A stretch of 63,455 bases of DNA, counting the filler, from Octopus bimaculoides (lineage: Eukaryota): the NCBI RefSeq assembly GCF_001194135.2. It is 6 parts of 6 records of this genome, joined end to end, with 100 filler letters (N's around TTAATTAATTAA, not from the genome) between each part and the next. Parts side by side here need not be neighbours in the genome. Positions count along the whole stretch, not along the records: positions 61,935 to 63,455 come from NC_069004.1; 5 more parts are not named here. The stretch is one strand, 5' to 3'. The position numbers were made by a program, and so were the translations under genes. The notes below the pieces were generated by a model, which searched no databases, was not told the origin of the DNA, and worked only from the letters and a program-made list of their open reading frames with translations. Below are positions 61,835-63,455 of the stretch, piece by piece (within the stretch, counting starts at the first letter, position 1; each line of letters opens with the position of its first letter).

Positions 61835-63455
61835 NNNNNNNNNNNNNNNNNNNNNNNNNNNNNNNNNNNNNNNNNNNNTTAATTAATTAANNNNNNNNNN
61901 NNNNNNNNNNNNNNNNNNNNNNNNNNNNNNNNNNATATATATATATATATATATATATACATGTGTGTATCAATAGGTTAGGTGTTTTGTACATCAAGCT
62001 GTGATCTATACGCTCCTTTTCCACAGAATTCGGCCATTATTATACACCACCACTACCCTGTACCTTTTTCCATCGTCGTTTCAGTATATATTTTTTTCTT
62101 AATTTGTAACCCGCTTATTTATCATCGTTTGTTTTTTTTTTGTTTGAATTTTGGCATTTTAACTTTGTTTTATTTTTATATATATTTATTGCCAATTTCC
62201 TTTGTTGTTTTTATTCGATTTTCCTTTTTTGCTATTTGTTTTTTTCTTGTAGTATAGACAAAGAAGTATGATTTTTATCGAATTTATAGCATTGAAGCGA
62301 GAAGAAAACAGCAAGTTAATTATGAGATCAGAGGCAAGTTAGAGACACACATTAGGTGTATTAAGTGAACATGATGTTATCCATTCGAATAGATGCTTAT
62401 CAGCGAAATCCCCGTAAGCCTATCTATCGGTCGATTGTTGGTTAGGCACCAGTGAAGAACACGGCTTCACATTGTAGATTTTGGCAATATACATTAAAAG
62501 CGTTTCGCATTGACTGTTTTGCTCTATATAAGCGTAGAGTTTACGTATGTGCGTGTATATATATATGTATATAAACATACTCAATACCATCATTGTTATT
62601 TGCATATGTGCATGTACTTCTATGCATCAATGTGCGTGTGTTGTGTATACATACATAAACATCTACATAAAGATATACAATTATACATGCATACATACAC
62701 GCATATATATATATACATACTTACACATGTATACTTTTCTATCCATATACGTGTACGCACACACACAGCAAGCGATAGACAGCTTTTTTGTGCGTTTCTC
62801 TTGTGTAAAATAACAAAGTGCTCGATAACATTTCACTAAAGTGTTATAAAAAATGATGATACATATATAAAATTGTTTACAAATTTACATATCGCCTGAG
62901 AAAACAACTAGATCTCAGGTGCATAATCAAGTACCTGCACGCCTGGAGATCTTCTTTGCGTAGAAACAATTGTAGTGAGTGAAAATATAATGTCCAACCA
63001 TACTCCTTCTTGTCGACTCCAAGTTTTTTCAGTTAACTTTTCACACACGAGAGATTCCCAAACACAAACGTGGAAGTACGTTTGCGTGAGCGATTGTGTG
63101 TAACTGTGAGAGTGAAGAAGTCCTTGCCTCACAGTAATATTCATACATTATGTCCATTACTCCTGATTGTCATCGGTTTTGGTCAAATCTGGACCACAAT
63201 GGAGACACCGACCCTTGGACATCACTCTCTTGAGTCGCTGGAATCATAGAACGAGTTACCCATTTTGCATGACGTATACGTTACTTACATCAGAACATAT
63301 CCATCACCCTGAGAGGGACGGCAGTCCGTCGTACGGTTACTCTTTTACAACTGATTGGGCTCGAGGAACATAAAATGAAGTGCCTTGCTCAAGAACACAA
63401 TGCATTACAATGTATGGTATTATGTATGTGATTATATATATATATATATATATAT

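Noticed and set aside
62908-63144. 78-aa - strand ORF with a CAG/GTACTT donor
   Set aside because: No recognisable domain. Frames are interrupted upstream and it cannot be tied to a gene model.

Overview
AT-rich, microsatellite-dense animal genomic DNA from a gapped draft assembly. The repeat families suggest a cephalopod, probably Octopus (inference). There are no CRISPR arrays, rRNA genes or true tRNA genes, and almost all listed ORFs are microsatellite or N-gap artefacts. Two real genes are visible. (1) The last coding exon of choline dehydrogenase (CHDH, + strand, 15834-16163), cut on its 5' side by an assembly join. (2) A convergent, unnamed multi-exon coiled-coil gene on the - strand that the ORF track misses. 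Seven phase-compatible exons lie between 46347 and 22403, including a probable 21-nt microexon. The rest is mostly transposon-derived: at least four tRNA-headed SINE families, RTE, Tx1/L1 and R4/Dong-like LINE fragments, mariner, DD37D and Tigger remnants, hAT, piggyBac and Mutator-like MITEs with intact TSDs, and Helentron-type HINEs. The most interesting signal is a tRNA-headed SINE-like unit at 57876-58109 (-) carrying a minimal type I hammerhead ribozyme fold (57931-57976). Two further degenerate hammerhead-like motifs lie nearby. Also notable are (TAA)n-flanked R4/Dong-like short elements and several fold-back hairpins. SINE family labels A-D are my own.
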